Shown here: piece by piece, positions 52,519-64,000 of the stretch
Position numbering within the stretch: position 1 is the first letter of the stretch
Layout of the letters: every line of letters begins with the position of its first letter
Assembly (NCBI GenBank): GCA_973895155.1
Contig: OZ316893.1
Coordinates: 10,483,660 to 10,547,659, forward strand
Length of the DNA: 64,000 nt
Direction: 5' to 3'
Source: Marsupella aquatica
Lineage: Eukaryota; Plantae; Marchantiophyta
The notes under the pieces: model-generated
What the model was told of the DNA's origin: nothing
What the model saw: only the letters and a program-made list of their open reading frames with translations
Database searches by the model: none
Program-made: the position numbers and the translations under genes

Positions 52519-55219
52519 GCTATGAAGAACTTAATGCTAGACGGAGGGATGGTGATCATAGATGCAGGGATGATAATGAGAGAAGTCAAAAAGGTGTGTG
52601 TGAACTATATGCCCCCGATGCTCCCACTATTCAAGAGAGGGGAAATATCCTCAGGAAACGCAGCAGACTGCTTGAGCACACTTGGGCCTCTTTATCCACG
52701 GCGGAGGTGGCAATGCTAGAGGGGCTGCCAAGTGAAAAGGAAATCCAAGAAGTGCTTTGGTTACTCCCGAAAGATAAAGCCCCTTGGCCGGATGGTCTTT
52801 CGGTGGAGGTATATCAGGCGTGTTGGGAATTCATGAAAGAGTACCTGGTCGCCATGATACAAGAGTTCTGGCTGACTGGGAAGCTGGCAAGTGGGATCAA
52901 AGAGGGGACGATCAAGCTCATACCCAAGAAGCCAGATAAAAGAATGTTGAAAGACTGGAGACCTTTAACTATGCTGAACACCATATATAAGCTGATTGCT
53001 AAAATATTAGGTCTACGACTAATTAGGATCCTGCCACAACTTATCAGCCCGCAGCAGACTGGCTTTATCCCCGGGAGAAACATATTGGAAAACATTTCGC
53101 TGGCCTGGTTAACCTTTGATTGGCTGAAAAACAGGAAGTATGAGGCACTGTTTCTAAAGCTAGATTTTGAGAAGGCGTTTGATAGAGTAGATCATGAGTA
53201 TATATGGGAGACGATGCACTTGTTAGGCATAAGCAGGAATTTTATTAAACTGGTACAGGCACTGCTAACGAATGCTACGTCCAGGATACATCTAAATGGG
53301 ATGTTATCCACTGAGATTGGACTTGAAAGAGGTGTCAGACAGGGCTGTCCCCTATCACCGCTTTTGTTTGTAATCTCCACACAGCCGCTAATGGACTTCA
53401 TGGATGCAGAACTGGCTAGGGGGAGACTAGCAGGGATACAGGTGTCAGAGGCACTTACAATATGTTACCGTTTCTTCGCAGATGATCTAGGGGTGTTTAC
53501 GCCTGCCACAGAGAGGAACTTTCAGCAGGTCACTGCAGTAATCGAGTGCTATGAAGTTGCAACGGGGGCCCGACTCAACTTGAGGAAATCAATTATTTAT
53601 TATCTCGGTGGTGTTGGGGGACATGCCGAGATGGCTCAAAGACACGGGATGTGTGATCAGCGGAAGGGGGGAACTACAGAAGTACCTTGGGGCTCCAATT
53701 GGTGTTGACTTGAAGACGGAGCAGTTGCACAGCTTTGTCCTGGACAGAATTGGACAGAAACTATCCTCATGGGCAAATAAGCTTCTGACATTCATAGGAA
53801 GATTGTTGCTGGTGAGACACATCTTACAGGCTATCCCGATTTATCATTCCATGTTTCTTAAAGCATCCCATGGACTGGCAAGGAAAATGACAGCGCTGTG
53901 TAGAGACTTCTTATGGGGATATAATGCAGAGGGGGGCCGGCGGGTGCCATTGGTATCTTGGGCCAGGATGTCTCACCCATAGGCAGAGGGGGGGGGCTGG
54001 GGATTAAGGACTTTAGGAGTAACTCGGATGCGCTGCTGGCTAAATGGTTTACTGGAGCGCTTGATTCCCCTGAGTCTGAATGGGCCTGTATGTTTGCCGA
54101 AACCTTAAAACTGATAGCATGGAAGAATTACAAAGTAATACGAAGGAACAATTACTCTTTTCGGGACAAGATGTTGCTCTACTGCCCGGGGACGCTCCAA
54201 GGATTGGCTTACACAGGGGGACTCTGGAAGGCATGGGATCTGCTGCGGTCGAATCTAATATTCTGTCCAACCAAAAGGGTACCGGGGAGGTGGTTGGTTG
54301 GGGATGTACTCCGGTGCCTAAAGGGCTTTCAGTCTTGGAGCAATGAGGATATGGCTGCTACCACGGTGCTCTGCGGGAGATTAGGTATAAGATGTGGAAT
54401 GTGTGTTGGGCAAGAATGTGGGGGGCAAACATTTCACTGCGGGCAAAGACCTTTCTGTGGAGAGTAATAGCTTCGGGGCTGTTCACTGGGGTGAGGGCAG
54501 TCAAGATTGGTAAGGGCACTGGAGATTGCAAGCTATGTCCGGGAATACTTGAGACCATTCCGCACCTTTTTCTGGATTGCCCACATGCACAAAAATGTTG
54601 GGCACTTTGTGCACAAGGATTTGGGGGACTCTTTGCAGGATACGCTAGGGGATTGATAGGGATGCTGGAGTCTGCTACTGGAAAGCACCACAGTAAGACT
54701 GTAATGATGGTTGTGCTTTTCCAGATCCTGTGGGCATTGTGGCTGGGGTGTAATGAGCACATGTTCCAAAGTAAAATGGGAGCAGGAAGTTCGATTTTAG
54801 ATTCATCCTGTCGGAGGCAACTGATCATGTCTCTACTATTTTGATTACATTGTCGGTTTGTAACCAGAAAACTAGATTACTGAGGGCTAAGGAAATGATT
54901 AATAAGGAAATATTAGTATGGCTGAGGCGTAGGGATGTTTAGATCACTTCTGTATAGGCTGATAGGATCTTGGGGGAATTTTGGCAAGATGATAGGTTGA
55001 CTGATGTTGCTGCTTTGCCTGGCTTTTTGTGGGAGGCGGGCTGTTGGCATATGCGGCGCCTTTGACTTGGATTGTGGGCTATTCCATCTGGTTTGGGCTT
55101 CAAAATGGCTATTTTTGCTGCTGGGTGATTGGCATTGTCTTTTGATTTCGACTGTTTCCTCCGCCACAGGGTTTTCGTGGCCACTATTTAAAAAAATATA
55201 CATTTGAAATGTTGTAAGG
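52519..55219 (+). mobile_element. 5'-truncated L1-clade LINE (RT plus zf-RVT), frameshifted
   Basis: KAPWPDG, WRPLTMLN, QTGFIPGR, KLDFEKAFDRV, GVRQGCPLSP, FFADDL, KYLGAPI and CKLC..ETIPHLFLDC. 18-bp TSD AATTCTTACCAAATGGTG at 52501-52518 and 55220-55237. Confidence 0.95.
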
Positions 55220-55833
55220 AATTCTTACCAAATGGTGACAATGCTGAGCTTATCAGGACCGTCTCTTCAAGATCTTTCCAACGCCATATTATATGTGAGT
55301 TTTCATTATGATTTGACTCAGCAATGTCAAATAAAAAATTCTTGCCGAGAAAATTTTATATTTTGAATAAAATCAAAATGTAAAAAAATCGTTACTGGGA
55401 ACAATTTTACCCTCAATCTTTTTGTCTTTTGATTTGCATGTCATTTTTTTTACATTCTTTTTTATGGCATAACGTCCCAATTTTTACAACAAACTTGCCA
55501 CAAACACGAATGCAGAAGTTAATTTTATCCAAAAACAAGTCTCTTCCTGTTTGCAGCATGCCATGATGATGTGGCGCACTATGGAGCCAGGAATTTTGCA
55601 AAGGACCCCTAATGGAGGTCTATAACGATTGTCTGGGTTGGGTTTCTAGTATGAACCCTATGACCAAAAAGTGAACAAAAAATTTAAAAACAATTGCACT
55701 GAAAGGGATTAGCAAGCTAGGAGATCTCATAATAAGTTCATTATAACCAACAGGGATTTATATTACTCTAGCTACCCACCAAAACTAACTTAGTAATTTC
55801 TTGAATGCAAGTCATGTTTCCTTAAACGAAGAT

Positions 55834-56052
<219 letters not shown>

Positions 56053-56542
56053 CTAAGCTTTGCAGAAGGGAACCTCACTCCAAGAACTCCAGACGGGATG
56101 CTAATAGATATGAGCTAGCCAAAATTGAAATTGAAATGTAAGCTTGGTTGGAAACGGGGTTGGAAACTGGCCAAGGAGAGCAAATTGCTCATGAGAGAAT
56201 TGATTCGTATGCACTGATGCAGGCTGGAATCAACGCAGCCTGGAGCATCTGACATGAGTCAAGATAATTTGATTGTTTATACATGAAAGGGGGACACAAG
56301 GAAAGGAAAATCTGCTGCAATTAATGAAGTTGGAATGTTGCATTGGGAAATGAAACCGTTGGTGCTAACGAAACACAAAGAGAAACCCACTCAAACAGGA
56401 AGCATTCATGGGAAAACACAGAAATTGAAAGTACCAAATCAGATTTTTTGCAAAAAATTGACGAAGAGTCAACTTGATTAGTCAGTGAAAATGTGGGCCT
56501 TGCCCTTTCAGGTTGTTTTCTCGTTTATGGGAACAATCATTT

Positions 56543-56544
<2 letters not shown>

Positions 56545-56579
<35 letters not shown>
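56545..56579 (+). repeat. (CT)n microsatellite
   Basis: Direct inspection. Confidence 0.95.
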
Positions 56580-56581
<2 letters not shown>

Positions 56582-56684
56582 GCAACCATTAGCTCAATAC
56601 CTGTGCGTTGAGATGTCCCTGCACACAAGATTTCAGTTATATGTCATTCCGCACAAAAGTAGTTATATGAAAGATGTTATTGAT

Positions 56685-56813
56685 TATTGCAAAATGTCTT
56701 TGTGCATAGGACTAAAAGACAACAAATGAAGCATGTATTGCAAAATGTCTTTGTGCATAGGACTAAAAGACAACAAATGAAGCATGTATTGCAAAAATGT
56801 CTTTGTGCATAGG
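56685..56813 (+). repeat. ~51-bp tandem repeat, ~2.5 copies
   Basis: TATTGCAAAATGTCTTTGTGCATAGGACTAAAAGACAACAAATGAAGCATG units. Confidence 0.85.
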
Positions 56814-58341
56814 ATGTCAGATATTTCTGTGCAGGACACATTATGTGATAGATATTTGGGGAGAACACTGTCATCCATGTCTCAACACAAGCGTAGGACT
56901 CATGGTTAGAATTTGATTCTGTTTTTTTTTATCTTTATTTGGCTTAGTTATACTGGTGGCTTAGATTGATTATAATGGATCTTTATAAAATCCGCAAAGG
57001 GAAAAAAAACACCACACAATAATCAACCAATAAACAAATATGGATTGAAATAGATAAAACCTTCATAGGAAATGAAAAAAAAAACTGTTCAAAAATGGGA
57101 GAAAAGTAATTCCTTGTTCATCGTTCTTTCTCTTCCCCTAGTGGTCATACCCACTACATGGAGTGTAAGCAAACATCATTTTCAGAGATTCAGCTTGCCC
57201 CAATCCCCATTTTTCACACGCACCCTGGGGTCTATTTATTTTCTTCTAATCTCAAATAAACATAGGGTTACTTTAGGGAGGGATACCTTTAGCTTGGTGG
57301 GAAAGAACAGGCTGGATAGAGGGAATTTTAAGACTGGGCATGATTGTGGCATAGGATGCGTTGTTGTGTTTTGGCAGGGCAGGGATAACGTTTGGCACCC
57401 TGGAAATAGGACCAAAATGCACTCGCCATTATTTTCAATTTGGGTACACAAGAATGAGGAGATTTGCGTGGATTTAAAAAGCTAAAGAATATATCCCCTC
57501 ACAAAGCACATTAAAACATACTAAGAAATCTAACTAAGCAAGTCAAATTAACCTGGGCAGTGTCCAGACCACTGTACGTTCAGATTGGAGACCTCATCTG
57601 AGCATTAAGTTGCGTTTTTGCCTGGATGTAGTATATTTTAAAATAAAATGGATACAGAGACAATCTTGCTGCTCCTTGTGGACCGTCAGCGGCTTTGAGC
57701 TTCAATAGGCGTGTCAAAACACTATCATAAATAAGACATTAGGTGTCAAAATAGTGTAATAAATGACAGTCCATCAAGACCATAAATTATAGCCAGCACA
57801 TAAGTAATTACTGGCTATCTAAGTACAAGCCCCATAAGAATCTTATTGTCTCCAAAGTGTACACTCTGCTTAGGGGAGAACTGTGACCCTAATGAATCTT
57901 AGGGGAGAACTGTGACCCTAATGAATTTACTGGGTCCGCAAAATCTGTATGTGAAATCACCGTGTCCGCAGCTGTGCGACCAAAGGTGTCTAGATTATTG
58001 AATTCCATTATTTCCATCACTCTACTCTATCTTTCTATGTTCTATCCGTCTACTGTGCGTTGCACTGCCCTCTGATTTCTAGTGTACCCCCCTCTGGTTT
58101 CTAGTGTACCCGTGCACGTCCACCCTTCATCCATGGTACAGTAATCGCAACAGCAGCAATGGTAAAACGCCGGAATGTGCTTGCTATGGCTGAGGTGCTG
58201 AGGTTTAGCGAACAGTAGTAGCAAGAGAATCAACCGAGTGACGAGGTTTTGCTTTCGGCCAAGAAGCGAAGAGAAGAGAAGAGAAGAGAAGAGAAGAGAA
58301 GAGAAGAGGTTGTCATTTCGTCGCAGCTGTTGGTGTCGGAG

Positions 58342-60120
58342 ATGGCCGCGGTTTCAGCTACGATTGTCGGTGCTGTTCTCGGATCCGTTGCTGCGCGGCA
58401 GACGGCTGCAACCCAGGTGTGGATCTCGATCGGAGGCCATGGCGAACGTTCTTTGAGAGATTCGAGGACTGTCCGGTGCCGTTCCCCCTCCTTTTCGATT
58501 TCAGCTGGATTATGGGTGTTCGTATCTACTGTAGTAGAAACGGTCATTCGAGAGAAGGTTTTCTTTGGTCTGCGTAGAATGCGAACTGCCTCTCTTGAGA
58601 ATTGACGATGTAAAACCCGTTGCTGTTGTCGGAGTTCTTGGGCTCTACTTCTGGAGTATCTATGTAGGAACAGATGGGTCCTTTTTCTTTCCTTTTTCTT
58701 TCCTTTGTCATTTATATCGTCAGCATTGATTGATTATCTGAGAATCGCAGAGAATTTACGGTGGCAGTGATGAATTGCGCTCGAGCTCTAGAAATGTCGT
58801 CTCGTTCGGCCGGGATTTTCAATGGCATCAGCCCCAGGAAAGTATCCATAGGCCAGTCCCGTTCTCAGTAATCGCTTCGTAATGATTCAGGAATTGAAGA
58901 ACTATCCAGAGATATCAATTCTAGGAGGGTTGCAATTTCTTAGAGATAAAATCCGACACCGGCAGTAGTCCTGAAAATGCGCAAAATTGGCAATCACCGC
59001 GCGCTCGCAATTTGTTTTGGATAGGCTTTTCCGGGCTGGACAATAGTCCGAAATGATATGACTTTGAGGACAGTGAACACGCAATGGCTTGTTAAGAACT
59101 TGGCTGACTGAAAAATACGACGGCCACGACTGATGCGTTTCTCTGTGCTTGCATCATTCCTGTGTATCACCTCATTTAGAAGATATCCGGGTGTTTGTCT
59201 CCAACAGAGATTTAAGTCAGTGCTCCGAAAGGACTGATTTGTTTCAGGCAGTTCCTTTGCATTAGATGTAATTGAGTCGAAGTTCACGGAATCCCATCCT
59301 TGGCTGAGGGATCAAGAGTTCAAGGCGGAAAGTAGGCCAACAGCGTAACAAATATTCACGAGAAGGCTCTGCAGCACAAGTATGCAAAAGGAAATAAATA
59401 AAGTCTTTCTCTGCGTTTGCTGTCGTTAGTGATCAATTGAATTGATTCCTACGCGATATGCACCCTCGTATTCGACATAATCCTTCAAAGCTATTCGGAG
59501 TCGAAAGGAGCTGCAGACAAGGTCTTTAAAAAGATAATGTTCTCAGCAGGTAGATTAGAAAATTGCTCCGCAATGTCCCATAGCCAGCTGTCAATGCTGA
59601 CATACGGAATCCTCCTGGAATGTGACTTCGTGATCTACTTTTTAGGATCGGTTACAGTTTCTTATATGTAGGTGGTGAGATCCTTGCAAAGTCTCGCAAT
59701 TGGAAGTTTGTCAAGGAAAAAATTAGTTTGGACGAGATGTCGTTCCCTGTCTTGGTATCGATATACTCTCTGTAGCGTCTGCAACGTTTCCACGAGAATT
59801 TTAGTACTCAATAGGAACTGTTGACCTCAGTTTAGTGAACAGTAGGAAGGAAGATGGTCAATGTTGACGTCCTAATCTCAGCTTCAAGAGCGTCTCTGCA
59901 ACTCGATGAATGATGTCGTATCTCAAAAGCCTCATTTGTGACTGACATTGGCCTGCAGAGATTCCTCCGCTATGTAGCAGAAGATGCTGCGGCAGTTCGT
60001 CCAGCAGCTCCTCCAGCAACCGCCAAGCCGACCCCTAAAGCAGCTGAACTACCAAAGAAGCCAACTTTCAGCAGTTTGTTCCCTGTTCCAATTGAATTTA
60101 TTTTCTCTCTATTCGATTGA
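58342..60120 (+). CDS. Putative two-exon small protein (78 aa) of unknown function
   Basis: Exon 1 58342-58416 (GAGATGGCC context, CAG|GT) and exon 2 59959-60120 (CTGAC branch point, TGCAG|). The phase-0 join gives MAAVSATIVGAVLGSVAARQTAATQRFLRYVAEDAAAVRPAAPPATAKPTPKAAELPKKPTFSSLFPVPIEFIFSLFD. An (AGAAG)n tract lies upstream. Confidence 0.6.
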
Positions 60121-62866
60121 TCAATCCAGCTTTGATGTAAACCTTTAGCTTTCATATTTTTCATTGAATTTTGAAAAGATGCATGGAGAGTCCTCAGTTC
60201 TGCTTAAAATCTCTGATTTGCAATCTGACGACAACTTTGGAAATAGAAAACCTGTGTGCAAACATTCAATGGTTTTGGTTCCTTTTTCGTTTTTGAGATG
60301 GACCGAACCTATCTTATTGTTTAGAGACGTCAAGAAGGAAAGGTCTTTATTCTTGTTTTCAGATTTCAAAACATACTCCGCCGGAGACTGGACAGTTAGT
60401 ACTTGCTATCTAGCGCCTAATGTAAATGTTACTTCGTATTTGACAGTGACCAAGGGCCAAATTGTTCGGGTTGACAAGGAAATTACTTGAATAGCATAGA
60501 GGTAATGCCATTTTGCTCAACTGCCTCTTGCATTATAGGTGATTCATATGATTTGACAGGAAGAGATTTCTAGTCGAATCATTGTGGTAAAAGTTACTAC
60601 ACTTACAAAATCGTCTTCATGCCGTGTGCAGTACTATGCATTAGGTCACCCCAAGTTCTTTAAGGGCATAGACTACATTTACGAGGATCGTGGTGAGGTA
60701 CGCGTCTTTTCCAGCAACCATGCCAGCAGGGTCGGTCAATCCTTTGAATGAGTCCTCGTCGATCCCAACCAGGATCAGTAAAGTGGGTGAGTTCAAAAGG
60801 AGCTATTCTAACTTTGTTTGTACGAGACCCAGACTCATCTGTCTTTCTCATTCAAGCTTCTTTCTGCAGATATTGGACCTCAGGAATTTCGAGGCTGGCG
60901 AGTATGCTCTGGTAGTAATCTGTGCAACCACTAAGTCAATTTTCTCCTCATACACTTTTGGACGATATGATGCCCTCTCTCCAGTTTCCTACAAAATCCA
61001 TGTCTACTTTCTTTTACCTGTGCTCCAGAACCCGGTTCTGTTCTGAGAGTGCTAGTCACAGCAACGAGCAAGTCCTTTGAGTTTGACAACCGGTGTTGAT
61101 TTGAAGTAGAGCTGTGGTTTCAATCCTACTTCAGACCCTTCTAATTGTTCTGATCATGCTTCCACCAGATCACGTGGGCTGGCATTCCGACAGTACCCGC
61201 ATGGGTGCCTACATATATGTTGATCAAGGTAATGCTACTAACGAATCTGAGTAAAATCAAATTGCTATTAGTCAGAACTATCATAATGTGCTGAGGCTCT
61301 GTGATGTCTGGATTTTCATTTCATTTTATGACTACCCCTTTGCTTTCAGAGATGAAAGGTGTATGCCCAGCTCTGTATTACTTAACCCTTAGAAATTGTG
61401 GGCCGTGTAGTCCGATAAACTTTCATACAAGCGCCTTTAATGTTCATTGAATGTTAAGCAAGCGTTTGACTGTTGTGTCAGTTAACACCGTAAATGTTCA
61501 AGAGATTCTAGTCAAACTTTAGGGTGGAGAAAGTGTCTAGCAGCCTGCTGACAGGTGAACAAATTCCAAATATATTTCACGCTGTTTAGATTTCGCTGTC
61601 AAGATGTTCAAACCATGTATAGTACTTGTAAAATGGGAGGTAATTTGGAGATTTGGGAGTTGTAAACTGATCAACGCCAGGGCCCTGAGAGTTACTAAGT
61701 GGGGGGGTTCCTTCTCAACTTAAAGTATAGCAGATGCAGCGAAGCAAAGTCAGCAGCACAACTAGCTTATTTTACAGCTCTTAATTGGCAGCATTAATTA
61801 GGTCTGGAGACACCGGAAATTAGCTATGATGCTGTTTACCTCTTTTAAGTTGGCAACATTCTTTGTATATGGAGGACCCTTGAAGGCTTTGTGAACGAAA
61901 CTTTATGTCGAGTGCAAGATTGAAGTCCCATTGTACACCCACATGCATACTGAAAAGGATCTCTCCATGGCTTGGGTGTGCTGTCCATGTCAAGTCAGGC
62001 CACATCAACTAGAGAATGTGATTAAACGATGCAATTGTCAAAGAAGTTGGAATAGATTTGAGGGGCTATTATCGACCTCTGGGGTGATGAACAGAGGAAT
62101 ATCACATTGTTATAGTTTAGGATCTTCTAGTCAATTTGTAGGCATATGGTTGGATTAATCAAAGCGGAAGGGAGGACTGGGAGGCTCGAGCATCAGTCCA
62201 ATAGGAACTGCAAGAATTGCCATTCAAACAGTAGCGTCTATGTAAATCAACTGTAATCACTAACCTGCCAATGGACTACTACAGCTTTGAGAGAGTTTAA
62301 TAATAGTGGCCAATTTTGGGGTAGCTGATTCTTGGATGGAACGCAACGTTTAATTTACAGACTATGATGGACCAAACATTCTTAGACATCCAAAACAATG
62401 GACTATTGTACAAAAGAAGGTTGCCATCTGAGTACAAATTAAGGTTTCAGAGTGGTCCATGCAAGTTGCAGTGGTCCATCAGGACATCTGATCAAATGTG
62501 GTGGTCCATCTTATATAAGGGGATTGGCTGGGACATTAACGACTTCAGACTGATCCATGTCATCAGAGCGAATTGACCTCCCAGTTGAGTAACTTAACAA
62601 CATGGTCTTGCATCTTATATAATATGGGATCGGCTAGGACAGTAAAGGCGGTTCAGATCAATCCATGTCATCAAAACAAATTGACCTCACCAATTAACGC
62701 ACACAACATCCAAACTAGTAAAGGTGACTTTAAGTGTTGCACGAACAACCACAATAGTCATTCAAAACAGCAACAAACAGATAAATTATTTTAGAACCGG
62801 ACCCATGCTGACTTGACTAGGGCTTTTCAAGTCTTTCATCTATCAAACAATTCCTAATTGTTTTCT

Positions 62867-64000
62867 GGTTTTTACTATAATGCCACCTTTTTAGTCCAAA
62901 TATCACAACGTGCCACTATTTTCAGTTTATTGCCTATAATGCCACTGTTTTCCAGAGTCCGTTTTAGTTAACCACCCCTGGTTAACTATGCGGCATCCAA
63001 CGATCCAAAATGTGCCTGGGTGTTAATCGAGCGGTCCCCCTTCCCCTCATGCTAACCTTGGTCTGCCCTCAATACCCAGCCCTGGGCAGTCCTTGGAGGC
63101 AATCGCAGGCTCCCTCACGGAGCCTTCGAACATCGGGCCCCGTTCAGCGCATGCAATGAAGCTGAAGGTCGCTGCCTTACCTTCAGCAGATTTACAAGGT
63201 ATCGATCCCCCACTCACCCATGACGATTTGATGCTTGAATGAAGATACCGTTACCTTACGTACACTGTCTCTTTTCGGCTGTTTCAGAATGGTTACCTGA
63301 CTGCCCCATGTCACAGCAGCTCAACCTTGGTGCAGCTCGACCTACCTCCCTAGGTAGTTGCTATTCAACCTCGATTCCTTGCTTGCAGTAGCTTGAGTCA
63401 TCGACCATAGAACCTGCTCATCTTGTGGAGGCAATGGAAGGTATGTGATCTAGCTTCTTCTTATTCCTTATTTTCACAAAATGTTTACTATTAAATCCAC
63501 ACCGTTCTCTTTCAATTATTGAACATTGAAAGAGAATTCCTGTGTAGGGCAACGGCTCATGAACCAAGACGTCAATTCAGATTGGTACAAGCGGTTGAAA
63601 GTGGGCCAAACATTTGATTCAAGGGAAGGAGCTGAAGGGTTTCATTATTGACCATGGTGTGGTGTCTGAGCGGATCATTCTTAGTGTCAAGAAAGACCAG
63701 AAGCAATGTCTGGCGTCTTGTTAGATGAATCATAGCAGTGTAGAGAGTGACAAGAGATGCCACATGAGAATTAGTCATTCTGAAGAAAAAGACTGGGATC
63801 ATCACAATCACCAAAGCTCATATGAATCATGAATGTGAGGCAGTTGATCACTGACAAGCAAGATGCACACCAATTCTGACCGTTTGGCATAAAAAATCAT
63901 TGACATTCTAATGAGGAATAGGTAGACCAGGGCTTGCTCATTGCGAGATATTGCACAAGCCCTAATTCATCCTGATATCAAGTACCATATTGCCTATGTT
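62867..64000 (+). mobile_element. Left end of another, different MULE with a degenerate MuDR N-terminal DNA-binding domain (runs off window)
   Basis: TIR-like start with repeated TATAATGCCAC motifs. Translation LKVGQTFDSRE..C..C.MRI..ITITKAHMNHEC..IKYHIAY at 63550-64000 with stops and frameshifts. Confidence 0.65.

Overview
Eukaryotic land-plant genomic DNA with spliceosomal GT-AG introns; a bryophyte such as a liverwort is suggested by the gene sequences and TE families, but this is an inference. Three host loci are supported: a minus-strand HP30/TRIC-type PRAT (Tim17/22/23)+SAM gene, a tandem pair of minus-strand calmodulin genes encoding identical proteins, and a probable unannotated two-exon 78-aa small-protein gene. 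A truncated RuvBL2 fragment is also present. The rest is largely transposons: a degenerate PIF/Harbinger, a 5'-truncated L1-type LINE with an 18-bp TSD, Copia/LTR remnants, and a Mutator family with several members. The most notable object is a complete 10.4-kb Mutator-like element (8951-19392, ~78-bp TIRs, 10-bp TSD). Besides its MuDR transposase it carries an intact RPA70-C-like OB-fold/Zn gene, a mutated C2H2-zinc-finger accessory gene and a ~141-bp tandem array that a gene-less derivative also retains, an architecture reminiscent of anti-silencing VANDAL elements but with different cargo. That derivative hosts a three-level nest: MULE, then a long-TIR foldback element, then a miniature LTR element. 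All alignments and domain calls were made by eye.
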